IMG/VR virus record: IMGVR_UViG_3300010367_000128
Location: 605-64,604 of that record
Origin: a virus
Lineage: Duplodnaviria > Caudoviricetes
Reading direction: 5' to 3' (one strand)
DNA: 64,000 nucleotides
Made by a program: the position numbers and the translations under genes. Below the pieces are notes generated by a model. That model made no database searches. It had not been told where the DNA came from and was given only the letters and a program-made list of their open reading frames with translations. This document shows, one piece after another, positions 49,874 to 57,942 of this stretch. How positions within the stretch are numbered: position 1 is the first letter of the stretch; every line of letters begins with the position of its first letter.

Positions 49874-50383
49874 ATGACCTTTACCCTGGCGGATGAGACG
49901 GTACGCAGCGCGGCGGACATCAGCGAGTGCGGGCAGTATCGCTACACCCTGTCCCGCGTGTGGGACGACGACCTGCCGCTGGTCGGCTATTGCATGCTGA
50001 ACCCGAGCACGGCCGATGCCATGCAGGACGACCCGACCATCCGTAAGTGCATCCACTTCGCCCGGGCCCACGGCTACGGCGGTATCCGCGTGGTGAACCT
50101 GTTCGCCTTCCGCTCGGCGCACCCGGCGGAACTGCCGGTCCTGGTCGGCCAAGCCCAGGGCCCAGCCAACGAGACGCACCTGCGTCGACTGGCCAGCCAC
50201 GTCGCTTCGGTCATCTGCGCCTGGGGCTGCAATGTGCGCGTCACCCCCGAGGTTGTCGGCGTGGCCATGCGCGCGTTCGCCGGTACCGACCTGCCGACCT
50301 TGTGCCTGGGCCGGACCAAGGACGGCAGTCCCCGCCATCCGTTGTACTTGGCGAACAGCACCTCGCTGGAGACCTACCCGTGA
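49874..50383 (+). CDS. DUF1643 domain protein
   Basis: YRY.L.R.WD, MLNPSTAD...DDPTIRKC, VNLFA.R, AWG, G.PRHPLY. Confidence 0.92.
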   Translation: MTFTLADETVRSAADISECGQYRYTLSRVWDDDLPLVGYCMLNPSTADAMQDDPTIRKCIHFARAHGYGGIRVVNLFAFRSAHPAELPVLVGQAQGPANETHLRRLASHVASVICAWGCNVRVTPEVVGVAMRAFAGTDLPTLCLGRTKDGSPRHPLYLANSTSLETYP

Positions 50384-50568
50384 TGCGTATCCTGCTCGCC
50401 AGCTTGGCCACGCTGTACGTCTACGGCGCGGGGGCCTTTTGCATGTGGGCGGGCGGCGCCGCCTGGGGCACGGTGGAAACAGGCATGATCGTGTTCCTGC
50501 TGGCCATTGTCGGGCCGCTGGCTGGGGCATTCGCCTACAACGCGAAAACCATATGGGCGGGACTATGA
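50383..50568 (+). CDS. Small two-TM membrane protein
   Basis: Two hydrophobic segments; TGATG coupling. Confidence 0.58.
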   Translation: MRILLASLATLYVYGAGAFCMWAGGAAWGTVETGMIVFLLAIVGPLAGAFAYNAKTIWAGL

Positions 50569-50729
50569 AACGCGGTCAGAAAACCAAGGGTGGCCTGACG
50601 CGCAAGGAGCGCCAGGCCGAGGCACGCTTGGACCGGCGTCCACCGATGACGATCGATCAAGCCCGCGAGCGGGAGGCCTTGCTCCGCGCCGCGCTCGGGA
50701 TAAAACACCGTCCTGGTCTCGGCCCATGA
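50565..50729 (+). CDS. Small basic hypothetical protein
   Basis: ATGA coupling on both sides. Confidence 0.5.
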   Translation: MKRGQKTKGGLTRKERQAEARLDRRPPMTIDQAREREALLRAALGIKHRPGLGP

Positions 50730-51289
50730 AGCGCGGAGCCCCACTCCGGCGAAAGAAAGGCCTGCGCCCCGGTCCACCATTGAAGCGTGTGGCCTTGGAA
50801 GCCATATATGACGGCAATGGCGCCGTGGCAGGATGGAAGCCGAAAAAGACCAGCACGTTGCGCCAAGGACGAAGCACGGGAAAGCCGACCAAGGCCCAGG
50901 CCGAGCGCATGGACAAGGTGGCCAACGGCGGGTGCATCGCCTGCTACCACGAGTTCCTATGGAACAGCGCCAACGTCATCGCCTACGGGATCGGTACCGG
51001 CATAGGTGGTGGTACCGAAGTGCACCACCTTACCGTGGGTGGCAAGCATGGTCAGCGACGCCGAGGGCACTGGTTCACCATCGGTCTTTGCTCCTGGCAC
51101 CATCGTGGCGAGTCGCATATTTCGCCGAAGGTTGAGCGATGCAAGATCGCGCTGGGGCCGAGCCTGCATCACCATCCCGCTGAGTTTCGTGCACGCTATG
51201 GCAGCGACGATTACCTGCTGGCGTGGCAGAACTACCTCATCCAGATGCCCGGCATCCCGATGCCGGAATTGCGTCAACGCGGGTGTTGA
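50726..51289 (+). CDS. Ref-family (RecA-dependent) HNH nuclease
   Basis: Basic N-tail, GCIAC, EVHHL..G.K.GQ.R.GH..TIGLC.WHHRG, GPS. Confidence 0.78.
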   Translation: MKRGAPLRRKKGLRPGPPLKRVALEAIYDGNGAVAGWKPKKTSTLRQGRSTGKPTKAQAERMDKVANGGCIACYHEFLWNSANVIAYGIGTGIGGGTEVHHLTVGGKHGQRRRGHWFTIGLCSWHHRGESHISPKVERCKIALGPSLHHHPAEFRARYGSDDYLLAWQNYLIQMPGIPMPELRQRGC

Positions 51290-51314
51290 CATAGGCGGTA
51301 TCCGCCTGTAGTGT
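51286..51314 (+). promoter_or_regulatory. Sigma70 promoter of accessory operon 2, with inverted-repeat operator in spacer
   Basis: TTGACA-TAGGCGGTATCCGCCTG-TAGTGT; spacer holds AGGCGG/CCGCCT inverted repeat. Confidence 0.75.
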
Positions 51315-51371
51315 GCGGACTGTCCGGGGCGCTGAACCCCGGCGCCCCTGCCAAAAATCGAGGTAATGACC

Positions 51372-51566
51372 ATGCCGCACATCATGATGTACCCGCGTCC
51401 GCGCAAGCCGGACATTCACCACTTCGCCGTCACCGTGCGCAGTCCCGAAGGTGTCAGCACGTTCCATCTGCCGGCCGAATCGGCCAACGATGCGCGGCGC
51501 GAGGCGATCCGCCTGTACGCCAACGAGCACGATAGCCCGGTCACGGCCTGGGCGGAGGTGCACTAA
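51372..51566 (+). CDS. Small hypothetical protein
   Basis: GAGGT RBS 7 nt before ATG 51372. Confidence 0.65.
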   Translation: MPHIMMYPRPRKPDIHHFAVTVRSPEGVSTFHLPAESANDARREAIRLYANEHDSPVTAWAEVH

Positions 51567-51805
51567 TGGCTCACTACATCGATGACTATCGCAACGACCC
51601 ACGCCGGTACCGGCGCACCATCTATCAGGTGATGGTGCTTACGCGCCTGATCTACCAGCGCAACGGCTGGCCACATGGGGCAGCCGAGGCCATCGCGCGC
51701 CTGCGCCGCCATGCCGAGTCGATCAGCGTTAGAACGCTGGGTGCGCACGGGCACCTGACCCAGCTTAACCCTGTCCAGCACGTCAGCGAGGAGTTCGGCC
51801 CATGA
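51566..51805 (+). CDS. Small hypothetical protein
   Basis: GGAGGT RBS; TAATG coupling. Confidence 0.65.
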   Translation: MAHYIDDYRNDPRRYRRTIYQVMVLTRLIYQRNGWPHGAAEAIARLRRHAESISVRTLGAHGHLTQLNPVQHVSEEFGP

Positions 51806-51951
51806 GCACCAATGCGACGCCTTGGCAAGCGGGATATGACGATGCGCAGTCGCACAAGGCTCCGGATGAGTCCCTCCTCGGAGACGAGGCCAAAGCGTAT
51901 AGCCGTGGCTGGCTGGCAGCCATGGAAGACATGTGCGGAGAGCAGGCATGA
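51802..51951 (+). CDS. 49-aa Rmf/CrpP-fold-like peptide (not in ORF track)
   Basis: GAGGAG RBS; WQAGYDDA...AYSRGW. Confidence 0.55.
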   Translation: MSTNATPWQAGYDDAQSHKAPDESLLGDEAKAYSRGWLAAMEDMCGEQA

Positions 51952-52241
51952 GCACCGAGACGATGAAGGTGGATGTGCTGGATGCGATGGATATGTACGT
52001 CGCGAAGGCGAAGGACATCGCAGCCGAGAACCCTGACAGCACCGGATTGCAGCAAGACGTGATTCAGGCGGAAGCAGCCCGCGCCGCCATGGCCGAGTTG
52101 ATTGAGGTCATGCAGGAGGCGCAGAGGATCACTCGCTTAGCGCTTGCCGAGAGGGCAATTAAGGGCCCGCTACGCTCACACTTTACCGGCCTATCGCATC
52201 GCCTTACCGCCTCCCTTGCCCGCGTTGGGGGTGCCAAGTGA
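51948..52241 (+). CDS. Hypothetical protein (cassette B)
   Basis: MSTETMKVDVL...ARAAMAELIE...LARVGG. Confidence 0.68.
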   Translation: MSTETMKVDVLDAMDMYVAKAKDIAAENPDSTGLQQDVIQAEAARAAMAELIEVMQEAQRITRLALAERAIKGPLRSHFTGLSHRLTASLARVGGAK

Positions 52242-52750
52242 ACGCCGAGACGCAGAAGGTGGATGTGCATCAGAGCAAGCTGCGCCCGGAGGACAACAAG
52301 TTCCACAAGGGCAATGGCTCCGATCAGAAGCACTACTGGCTGACGCCTGCGGCGCTGTACGCGCAGTTGGACGGCGAACACAGCTTCACGTTCGACCCGT
52401 GCCCGTACCCGAAGCCGGATGACTTCGACGGCCTTACGTGTGAATGGGGTCAGTCCAACTACGTCAATCCGCCCTTCGGCTCGATCCTCCACCAGGGCAA
52501 GAAGAAGGGGCCGACCGCTTGGGCGCGAAAGGCTATCGAGGAATCGAAGAAAGGTAAGCGCGTTGTACTCGTGTACCCCATCGACAAGTGGGTACTGATG
52601 CTGCTTGCCGCAGGTGCGAAGGTTTCGAACTTGGGCGACGTCCGCTGGGTGGCTACCGAAGATGGATCCACCGGGAAGGGGACGGGACGACACATTGCTT
52701 GCTTCGTACTTGAGGGTGACGCCCTCGCCCGCGTCGGGAGTGACGCATGA
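52238..52750 (+). CDS. Phage DNA N6-adenine methyltransferase (Dam, T1/HP1-type)
   Basis: WLTP..L...LD....F.FDPCP, DGL...W, YVNPPF catalytic motif. Confidence 0.8.
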   Translation: MNAETQKVDVHQSKLRPEDNKFHKGNGSDQKHYWLTPAALYAQLDGEHSFTFDPCPYPKPDDFDGLTCEWGQSNYVNPPFGSILHQGKKKGPTAWARKAIEESKKGKRVVLVYPIDKWVLMLLAAGAKVSNLGDVRWVATEDGSTGKGTGRHIACFVLEGDALARVGSDA

Positions 52751-53136
52751 TCATCCAGCAGAAAACACCACGCCTGATGATGGGCGGCCAAGTCACCAGC
52801 GACATCGTCGCCTATTTCATCATCATGCTCACCGCGCAGGTGGTCGCTACCTACCTGGCCGCACAGGATGGCTTTGTCGTCGGCCTGGTCATCGGCGGGG
52901 CCTCGATCTTCACCTGGCTCCTGGTCTTCGGTTTCTACACCTACGACCAGCGCCAGGCCGAGCGACGCAAGCGCTGGTCGAGCCGCGTGTGGAACGATGG
53001 CGATGCCATCCTCAAGCGCTTCAACGACTCGTTCCAGGCCGTGGGCGAGGACGCTGCGCGCGATCCCACCAACACGTTCCGAACCATGCGCCGTCGGGCG
53101 CTCCTGGCCCTTGCGCGGAAGCGCCGCCAGGTCTAA
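52747..53136 (+). CDS. Two-TM membrane protein
   Basis: Two hydrophobic helices, basic C-terminus. Confidence 0.65.
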   Translation: MIIQQKTPRLMMGGQVTSDIVAYFIIMLTAQVVATYLAAQDGFVVGLVIGGASIFTWLLVFGFYTYDQRQAERRKRWSSRVWNDGDAILKRFNDSFQAVGEDAARDPTNTFRTMRRRALLALARKRRQV

Positions 53137-53175
53137 CCCCTTCTCACCCATGCATGCCTGACCAAGGAGCAGATC

Positions 53176-53517
53176 ATGCTAAGCGCAAACCCCGAATCGA
53201 TCGCCGCTGGCGTTCTCCGCCAGATCGTGATCAACAACCTGGCCAAGCTGCCGCCCATTTCGTTCCACGACGACCCGGACCACGGGATCGTGCTGATCAA
53301 GCGGGGCGAGCGCGGCTACTTCACTACCCCGCCGTTGACCGAGAAAGGGCGTGGCATGAAGGCCACCGATATCAACGCCACGCTGGGCATCACCCGCGAG
53401 CAGTCGATCGCCATGCGCGTGGGGGCCCTGTTCGGCTGGCACGTCGAAGGCGCCGACCCCGACAACTGGTTGACCCTCGGCAAGGGTGCGCCGGGCTTCA
53501 CGGGGAAGCGCTCATGA
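53176..53517 (+). CDS. Hypothetical protein with IKRGE.GY...AM..G..FGW...GADP motif
   Basis: AAGGAG RBS; motif recalled from mobile-element proteins. Confidence 0.7.
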   Translation: MLSANPESIAAGVLRQIVINNLAKLPPISFHDDPDHGIVLIKRGERGYFTTPPLTEKGRGMKATDINATLGITREQSIAMRVGALFGWHVEGADPDNWLTLGKGAPGFTGKRS

Positions 53518-53987
53518 GTTGGAACGACCCTACACCAGCCGACCGTGGCGATGTCGTGGTGAATACCTCGATCGAGACGATCGAGCCACCGGCAGTCGCA
53601 CTAAAGATCACGCGCACGTTCGAAGCCACCGGCTACCACGTCGCCATGATCTACCGGGGCCACCTGATCAAGCGCGTCAGCGCATGGACGGAGGGCGGCC
53701 GCCAGGCGGCCAATGACCATGCCAAGGAGGTGGCGTTATCCCTTGGTGTGCAGGATTCCGTCGACGAGCCCATGCAGATAGTGGTGGTGGAGTCGATCAT
53801 TCGCTACGAACGCGAGTTCCATGCCACACGGGTGGATGCCTACAACAAGCGCGAGGTCGATTTCTACCTGCCGCGCCGGAGTAGCCGAGTGCATTCGCAC
53901 GTCGTCGTATGGTCGAGCGCCGCGCCACTGATCGGGAAAGAGCTGAGCAGCGAGATCATCGAACGCCTGATCAAGGATCACCTCTGA
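53514..53987 (+). CDS. Hypothetical protein
   Basis: ATGA-coupled. Confidence 0.62.
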   Translation: MSWNDPTPADRGDVVVNTSIETIEPPAVALKITRTFEATGYHVAMIYRGHLIKRVSAWTEGGRQAANDHAKEVALSLGVQDSVDEPMQIVVVESIIRYEREFHATRVDAYNKREVDFYLPRRSSRVHSHVVVWSSAAPLIGKELSSEIIERLIKDHL

Positions 53988-54139
53988 TGGGCCGCCACGA
54001 CGATCTCCAGTGGCGCGAGGACGAACTAAGGGCCGCGCGCGAACGCCGCGCCAACCCCTACAGCTTGCAGTCTCTCAAGCCCCGCCGCAAACCCACCTTC
54101 TGGCAGCGCCTCCGCGCCGTCTTCACTCGCAAGCGATAG
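53987..54139 (+). CDS. Small basic hypothetical protein
   Basis: AAGGA RBS, TGATG coupling, TFWQRL amphipathic end. Confidence 0.55.
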   Translation: MGRHDDLQWREDELRAARERRANPYSLQSLKPRRKPTFWQRLRAVFTRKR

Positions 54140-54147
54140 GACCGACC

Positions 54148-54411
54148 ATGCCCCTGAAAACCGCAAAGACCCGCACGCTCAAGGTCGATATCTCCATGAC
54201 CCTGGAGGTCTACGGCGACACCGAGCGCGCGCTGAATTTCCAAGCCCGCGACGCGATCCCGCTGCGCCTGAATTTCGTGGCCGGTGCCATCCGCCGCAAC
54301 CTCCTCGACGACAGCGAGGCGATCCGCGACACGGTCACCGTGCACGATCACTACGGCACGCCGGCCGTCGTGCTGGCCACAGTCAAGGTGACCGAGGCGT
54401 CGCCGACATGA
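54148..54411 (+). CDS. Hypothetical protein
   Basis: AGGA RBS; distant similarity to next ORF. Confidence 0.62.
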   Translation: MPLKTAKTRTLKVDISMTLEVYGDTERALNFQARDAIPLRLNFVAGAIRRNLLDDSEAIRDTVTVHDHYGTPAVVLATVKVTEASPT

Positions 54412-54653
54412 AGCATCGCACCATGGACATCACGATCAAGCTGACTGTGGAGGGGCAAGGCGAGAGCGCGGCGGCGGCCGGCCTAGACCTTCGCTCCAAC
54501 ATGTGGCTGCGCCTAGGCTACCTGACCGCGCTCGTCGATCCGCAGGCCATCGCCGACGGCAAGCCGCACGCGTTTCATCCCGTGCGACCGGGCGATCTCG
54601 CCCACCTCCAGCACGAGCTGGCCACTGTCACCGTCAAGGAAATGGAACCGTGA
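54408..54653 (+). CDS. Hypothetical protein
   Basis: GAGG RBS; ATGA coupling. Confidence 0.62.
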   Translation: MKHRTMDITIKLTVEGQGESAAAAGLDLRSNMWLRLGYLTALVDPQAIADGKPHAFHPVRPGDLAHLQHELATVTVKEMEP

Positions 54654-55636
54654 ACGAGAAACCGCTCTTGGACAAGGAAAAAATCGACCAGGCGATCGCC
54701 ACCGCGAGCCTTTACGCGCAACCGGGCGCCGTAGTTCCGTTTTCCCCCGCGACCATCCATGAGCTGATTGACACCATGGGCACGCTGGCCGAAGCCGTGG
54801 GCACGCTGCACGATGGTTACCGCGACGAGCAGGAACGGCGCGTGCTGGCCGAGAACGCGACCACCCGGGCCATCCATTCGACGGCCGAGCAGCTGACGGC
54901 CATGGCCGAGGATGCCCACAACGGCAAGCCGCAGAACCGCGCTCGCACCATCGTCGTCACCCGCACGGCGGTTCCGTCCCCGCAGGCTGTCGAGGCCGCG
55001 CGCAAGGCATACGCCGACAAGGCCAAGCCGGGTACGGACCCCTATTACGCCTATCGCGGCGGCTACTGGCAGGTGCAGGAAGATGGCCGGCTCGTCGAGG
55101 GGCTGGCGCTGGACGAAGCCGTTTATGCCGTCATCACGCAGATGCAGGAAGGCGAGCACAAGCGCATGCGCATGCAGTCGGTCGCCGAGATCGAGCACAC
55201 CGCGCGCGAGAACGGTCGACACATGGGCAAGCGCGAGATGGAGCCGTTTCCCCCGCCCGTCGGCGATGTGGTGGACGCGGAATTCAATGAGAATGAGGGG
55301 GCCACGTTTATCGACAGCGTTCGCCAGTTGATCGGCGACTGGCTGGCCAACGGCGTCAGGTCGGCCCACCATATGCTCACCCCGGACGACCTGGTCGAGG
55401 CCTCGACCGCGCTGGATGAACGGTACCCGTTGCGGGCGTTAGGCACGCCCCATTGGGAGCGGGTTGGTTACACCGCCAACGACGCCCGCATCCTCGTTAT
55501 GCTGGGTCGCTTCTACGCCACCGCCACCACCCTGAACCACTTCATATGGTCGTCGCCGGAGGTCTACCTGGAGCGCGAGCAGGGCGCCACCCAGGCAATG
55601 GTGTACGAGCAGTTCATGCGGGGTAGCGATGCCTAA
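54650..55636 (+). CDS. Hypothetical protein
   Basis: GTGA-coupled long ORF with typical codon use. Confidence 0.65.
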   Translation: MNEKPLLDKEKIDQAIATASLYAQPGAVVPFSPATIHELIDTMGTLAEAVGTLHDGYRDEQERRVLAENATTRAIHSTAEQLTAMAEDAHNGKPQNRARTIVVTRTAVPSPQAVEAARKAYADKAKPGTDPYYAYRGGYWQVQEDGRLVEGLALDEAVYAVITQMQEGEHKRMRMQSVAEIEHTARENGRHMGKREMEPFPPPVGDVVDAEFNENEGATFIDSVRQLIGDWLANGVRSAHHMLTPDDLVEASTALDERYPLRALGTPHWERVGYTANDARILVMLGRFYATATTLNHFIWSSPEVYLEREQGATQAMVYEQFMRGSDA

Positions 55637-55904
55637 CCCATTCGCACGCGCCCCGGCCGACGTCCGCTCCACGCACCAGCAACGCGTGTACCTGGTGAAG
55701 CTCCTGCAACGCCACGAGTACATCGCGCGAGGACGCGTCGACGTCCGCACCGGCCCCCTCTGGCGGCCGTTGTTCAAGGCGGTCAAGAACGAACCGGCAC
55801 CCGGTACCAATGGGATGACCGACTTCCCCACCATTGACGAGTTCATCGACAGCCTGACGGTCACCCAGGCCAGCGACCTCATCAACCACCTGTTGGAGGA
55901 CTGA
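55629..55904 (+). CDS. Hypothetical protein
   Basis: T..Q..YL..L...LT..QAS.LI..L small helical motif. Confidence 0.65.
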   Translation: MPNPFARAPADVRSTHQQRVYLVKLLQRHEYIARGRVDVRTGPLWRPLFKAVKNEPAPGTNGMTDFPTIDEFIDSLTVTQASDLINHLLED

Positions 55905-55905
55905 C

Positions 55906-56166
55906 ATGATCACCTATACCTATACCGAGCACCAGCTGACCCGGCTCCAGCGTGAGCTGGATGCCTACATGGCGAAGTGGAAGGCCGAAGGCAAGCCCAG
56001 CCTCCCCTACACCACGCCGTGCTGCGCCTCCGCACAGGAAACCACCGCGCCCAGCAATACCTCCGAGCAATGGGACTCGATGTGCCTCTGCCCGAAGTGC
56101 GGTGCGATGTACTGGAAGAACGTCACCCACGACGCGGTCGTGGTGCAACTGCCGCCCAAGGAATAA
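55906..56166 (+). CDS. Small Zn-binding protein (paralogue of 46465-46722)
   Basis: GGAGG RBS; TPCC...ETTAPSN...WDS...CPKCG. Confidence 0.72.
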   Translation: MITYTYTEHQLTRLQRELDAYMAKWKAEGKPSLPYTTPCCASAQETTAPSNTSEQWDSMCLCPKCGAMYWKNVTHDAVVVQLPPKE

Positions 56167-56169
56167 ATC

Positions 56170-56430
56170 ATGGCCGAACGCACCGAACTGGAGCGCAGCT
56201 GGTCGCTCTATCACGAGGTCAAGCCCAACGGGTCCGAATCGTGGACCCTGCACGACGAGGATGGCGAAGAACGCGCCCTCTATACCCAGCAACCCACCGT
56301 GGCCCAGCTGAACGCGTGGACCCACGGTTTCGAAGCCGGCCACCGCAATGGGCTGATCGAGGGTCGTCGCCAGCACGCACAGCGTGTCGGTGTCGTCCTG
56401 AAATACCTGTTGAGCGGGGAGACCGACTAA
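56170..56430 (+). CDS. Hypothetical protein
   Basis: AAGGA RBS. Confidence 0.65.
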   Translation: MAERTELERSWSLYHEVKPNGSESWTLHDEDGEERALYTQQPTVAQLNAWTHGFEAGHRNGLIEGRRQHAQRVGVVLKYLLSGETD

Positions 56431-56461
56431 TCCCGCACCACCCACCCAAGGAAACCAACGC

Positions 56462-56785
56462 ATGACCCAGCACCCGATCCATCTCCGATCACCGCAGGCC
56501 GACGGAGCGAACCAAGCACCCACCGAAGCCCGCCTCGTTTCCCCCGTCACCTCCGCCATGGCAAGGATCACCCATGCCCAGGACGACTTGGAAGCGATGA
56601 TATCGCGGGTGTACGAGCGCCTTTCGCCCGTGCTCTCCATTGAACGGCCCGAGCCAAAAGACCAGGCCAAGGACGACCCGGAAGTGCACATATCGACGCA
56701 CCATGGCGACCTGGTGACCATCCTGGGTCGGCTTCGGGAGCAGGAGGAACGCCTGGGCAAGCTCATCGATCGCCTGACGATCTAA
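56462..56785 (+). CDS. Hypothetical helical protein
   Basis: AAGGA RBS. Confidence 0.62.
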   Translation: MTQHPIHLRSPQADGANQAPTEARLVSPVTSAMARITHAQDDLEAMISRVYERLSPVLSIERPEPKDQAKDDPEVHISTHHGDLVTILGRLREQEERLGKLIDRLTI

Positions 56786-56788
56786 ACC

Positions 56789-57079
56789 ATGACCGACCGC
56801 GACCTGTTCGGCCCGGTACCGCCTGGCCAGCCCACCACCAAGGGCCGTGGCCCGAAGGGCGGCAAGCACTACACCAAGCCCAAGGGCTACGCCGGCTTGC
56901 CCGGTACCGGACCGGACGGGAAGCGATGCATGGACTGCGCCCATTACCGGCGCGTCCAAGGCGGCGCCAAGGATTACCCGAAGTGCGCCCTTACCCGCCC
57001 CAACTGGACCGCCGGACGCGCCAGCGACATCCTCGCGCGCTCGCCGGCCTGCTCTCGATACGAGGAACCCCCCACATGA
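56789..57079 (+). CDS. Cys-containing hypothetical protein
   Basis: GYA..PGTGP.G..C..C.H...KC...DI....PAC. Confidence 0.7.
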   Translation: MTDRDLFGPVPPGQPTTKGRGPKGGKHYTKPKGYAGLPGTGPDGKRCMDCAHYRRVQGGAKDYPKCALTRPNWTAGRASDILARSPACSRYEEPPT

Positions 57080-57384
57080 GTGACGCCCAGCGAGTCCTTG
57101 ACCTGATCAAGGCCTGCGAGCCCTGGCGGCAGCGCATCACCGCGATCAACAACCATCTGCTCAATGTATCGACCGCCCCGACGTGTTCGGCCGCCGTCGT
57201 CGTCTTCGTCGACGGGCACCGTATGGAGCTGAACAGGCGGTTCTATTCGGGCCAACCCGCCCGCCTCCAGCCGGGCATGGCCATGCTGATGCTGGCCACC
57301 ATCAAGGTGCTGCGCGAGGAGCTGGCGCACTGCGAGGCTACCCTGGCCAAGATGACCCGCGAGATCCGGGAGGCCACCCTGTGA
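57076..57384 (+). CDS. Hypothetical protein
   Basis: GAGG RBS; ATGA coupling. Confidence 0.6.
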   Translation: MSDAQRVLDLIKACEPWRQRITAINNHLLNVSTAPTCSAAVVVFVDGHRMELNRRFYSGQPARLQPGMAMLMLATIKVLREELAHCEATLAKMTREIREATL

Positions 57385-57614
57385 CCGCCACGCCCGTCAT
57401 CATCTACGGCTACACCGTCGAGCGTTACGACGTGTTTGGCGATCCGCCGCACACCGTCATCACCACCCCCACGGGCAAGCGCATCCTGGAGCGTCAAGGG
57501 GTGATGCCCCTCGACAAGGCGGAGGTCTTCATCCAGGGCTACGAGGCCGGTCACGACCAGGGCGTGGAGGACGGCGAGGAGCTGTTCAAGCGCCGAAACT
57601 GGAGCCCGCTATGA
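57381..57614 (+). CDS. Hypothetical protein
   Basis: GGAGG RBS before GTG. Confidence 0.6.
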   Translation: MTATPVIIYGYTVERYDVFGDPPHTVITTPTGKRILERQGVMPLDKAEVFIQGYEAGHDQGVEDGEELFKRRNWSPL

Positions 57615-57691
57615 ACGCCCACCAGCGTCGCGTGGTTCTACGCGAGTCCAGGCGACGGAACGATGCCGCGTGCGATGGCACCACCTCATGA
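57611..57691 (+). CDS. 26-aa micro-ORF
   Basis: GGAG RBS; ATGA overlaps at both ends. Confidence 0.4.
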   Translation: MNAHQRRVVLRESRRRNDAACDGTTS

Positions 57692-57942
57692 GCTGGCTAC
57701 GCCAACCCACCCGCGCATTCACCATCGACGACCTGGAATCGGCCGCGAAGAATGACCGAGGCGGCAGCGCCGACCTCCACACCTCCACGGGCACGCTGTC
57801 CTGCCAGGTCTTCCGCAACACCCTGGGCACCATCACCTCGACCCGCTACTACGTCCAGGACGGCACCCGCTCGAAAGCCCTCAACCGCTCGCAAGCGATC
57901 GCCGTGCTGGCGCACCTGCAAGCCCACAAGGGGGCACCATGA
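57688..57942 (+). CDS. Hypothetical protein
   Basis: Coupled ORF. Confidence 0.58.
   Translation: MSWLRQPTRAFTIDDLESAAKNDRGGSADLHTSTGTLSCQVFRNTLGTITSTRYYVQDGTRSKALNRSQAIAVLAHLQAHKGAP

Noticed and set aside
46466-52752. Boundary repeats as CRISPR array, attC sites or att sites
   Set aside because: Irregular spacing, inside coding sequence, not palindromic, and no cas or integrase gene
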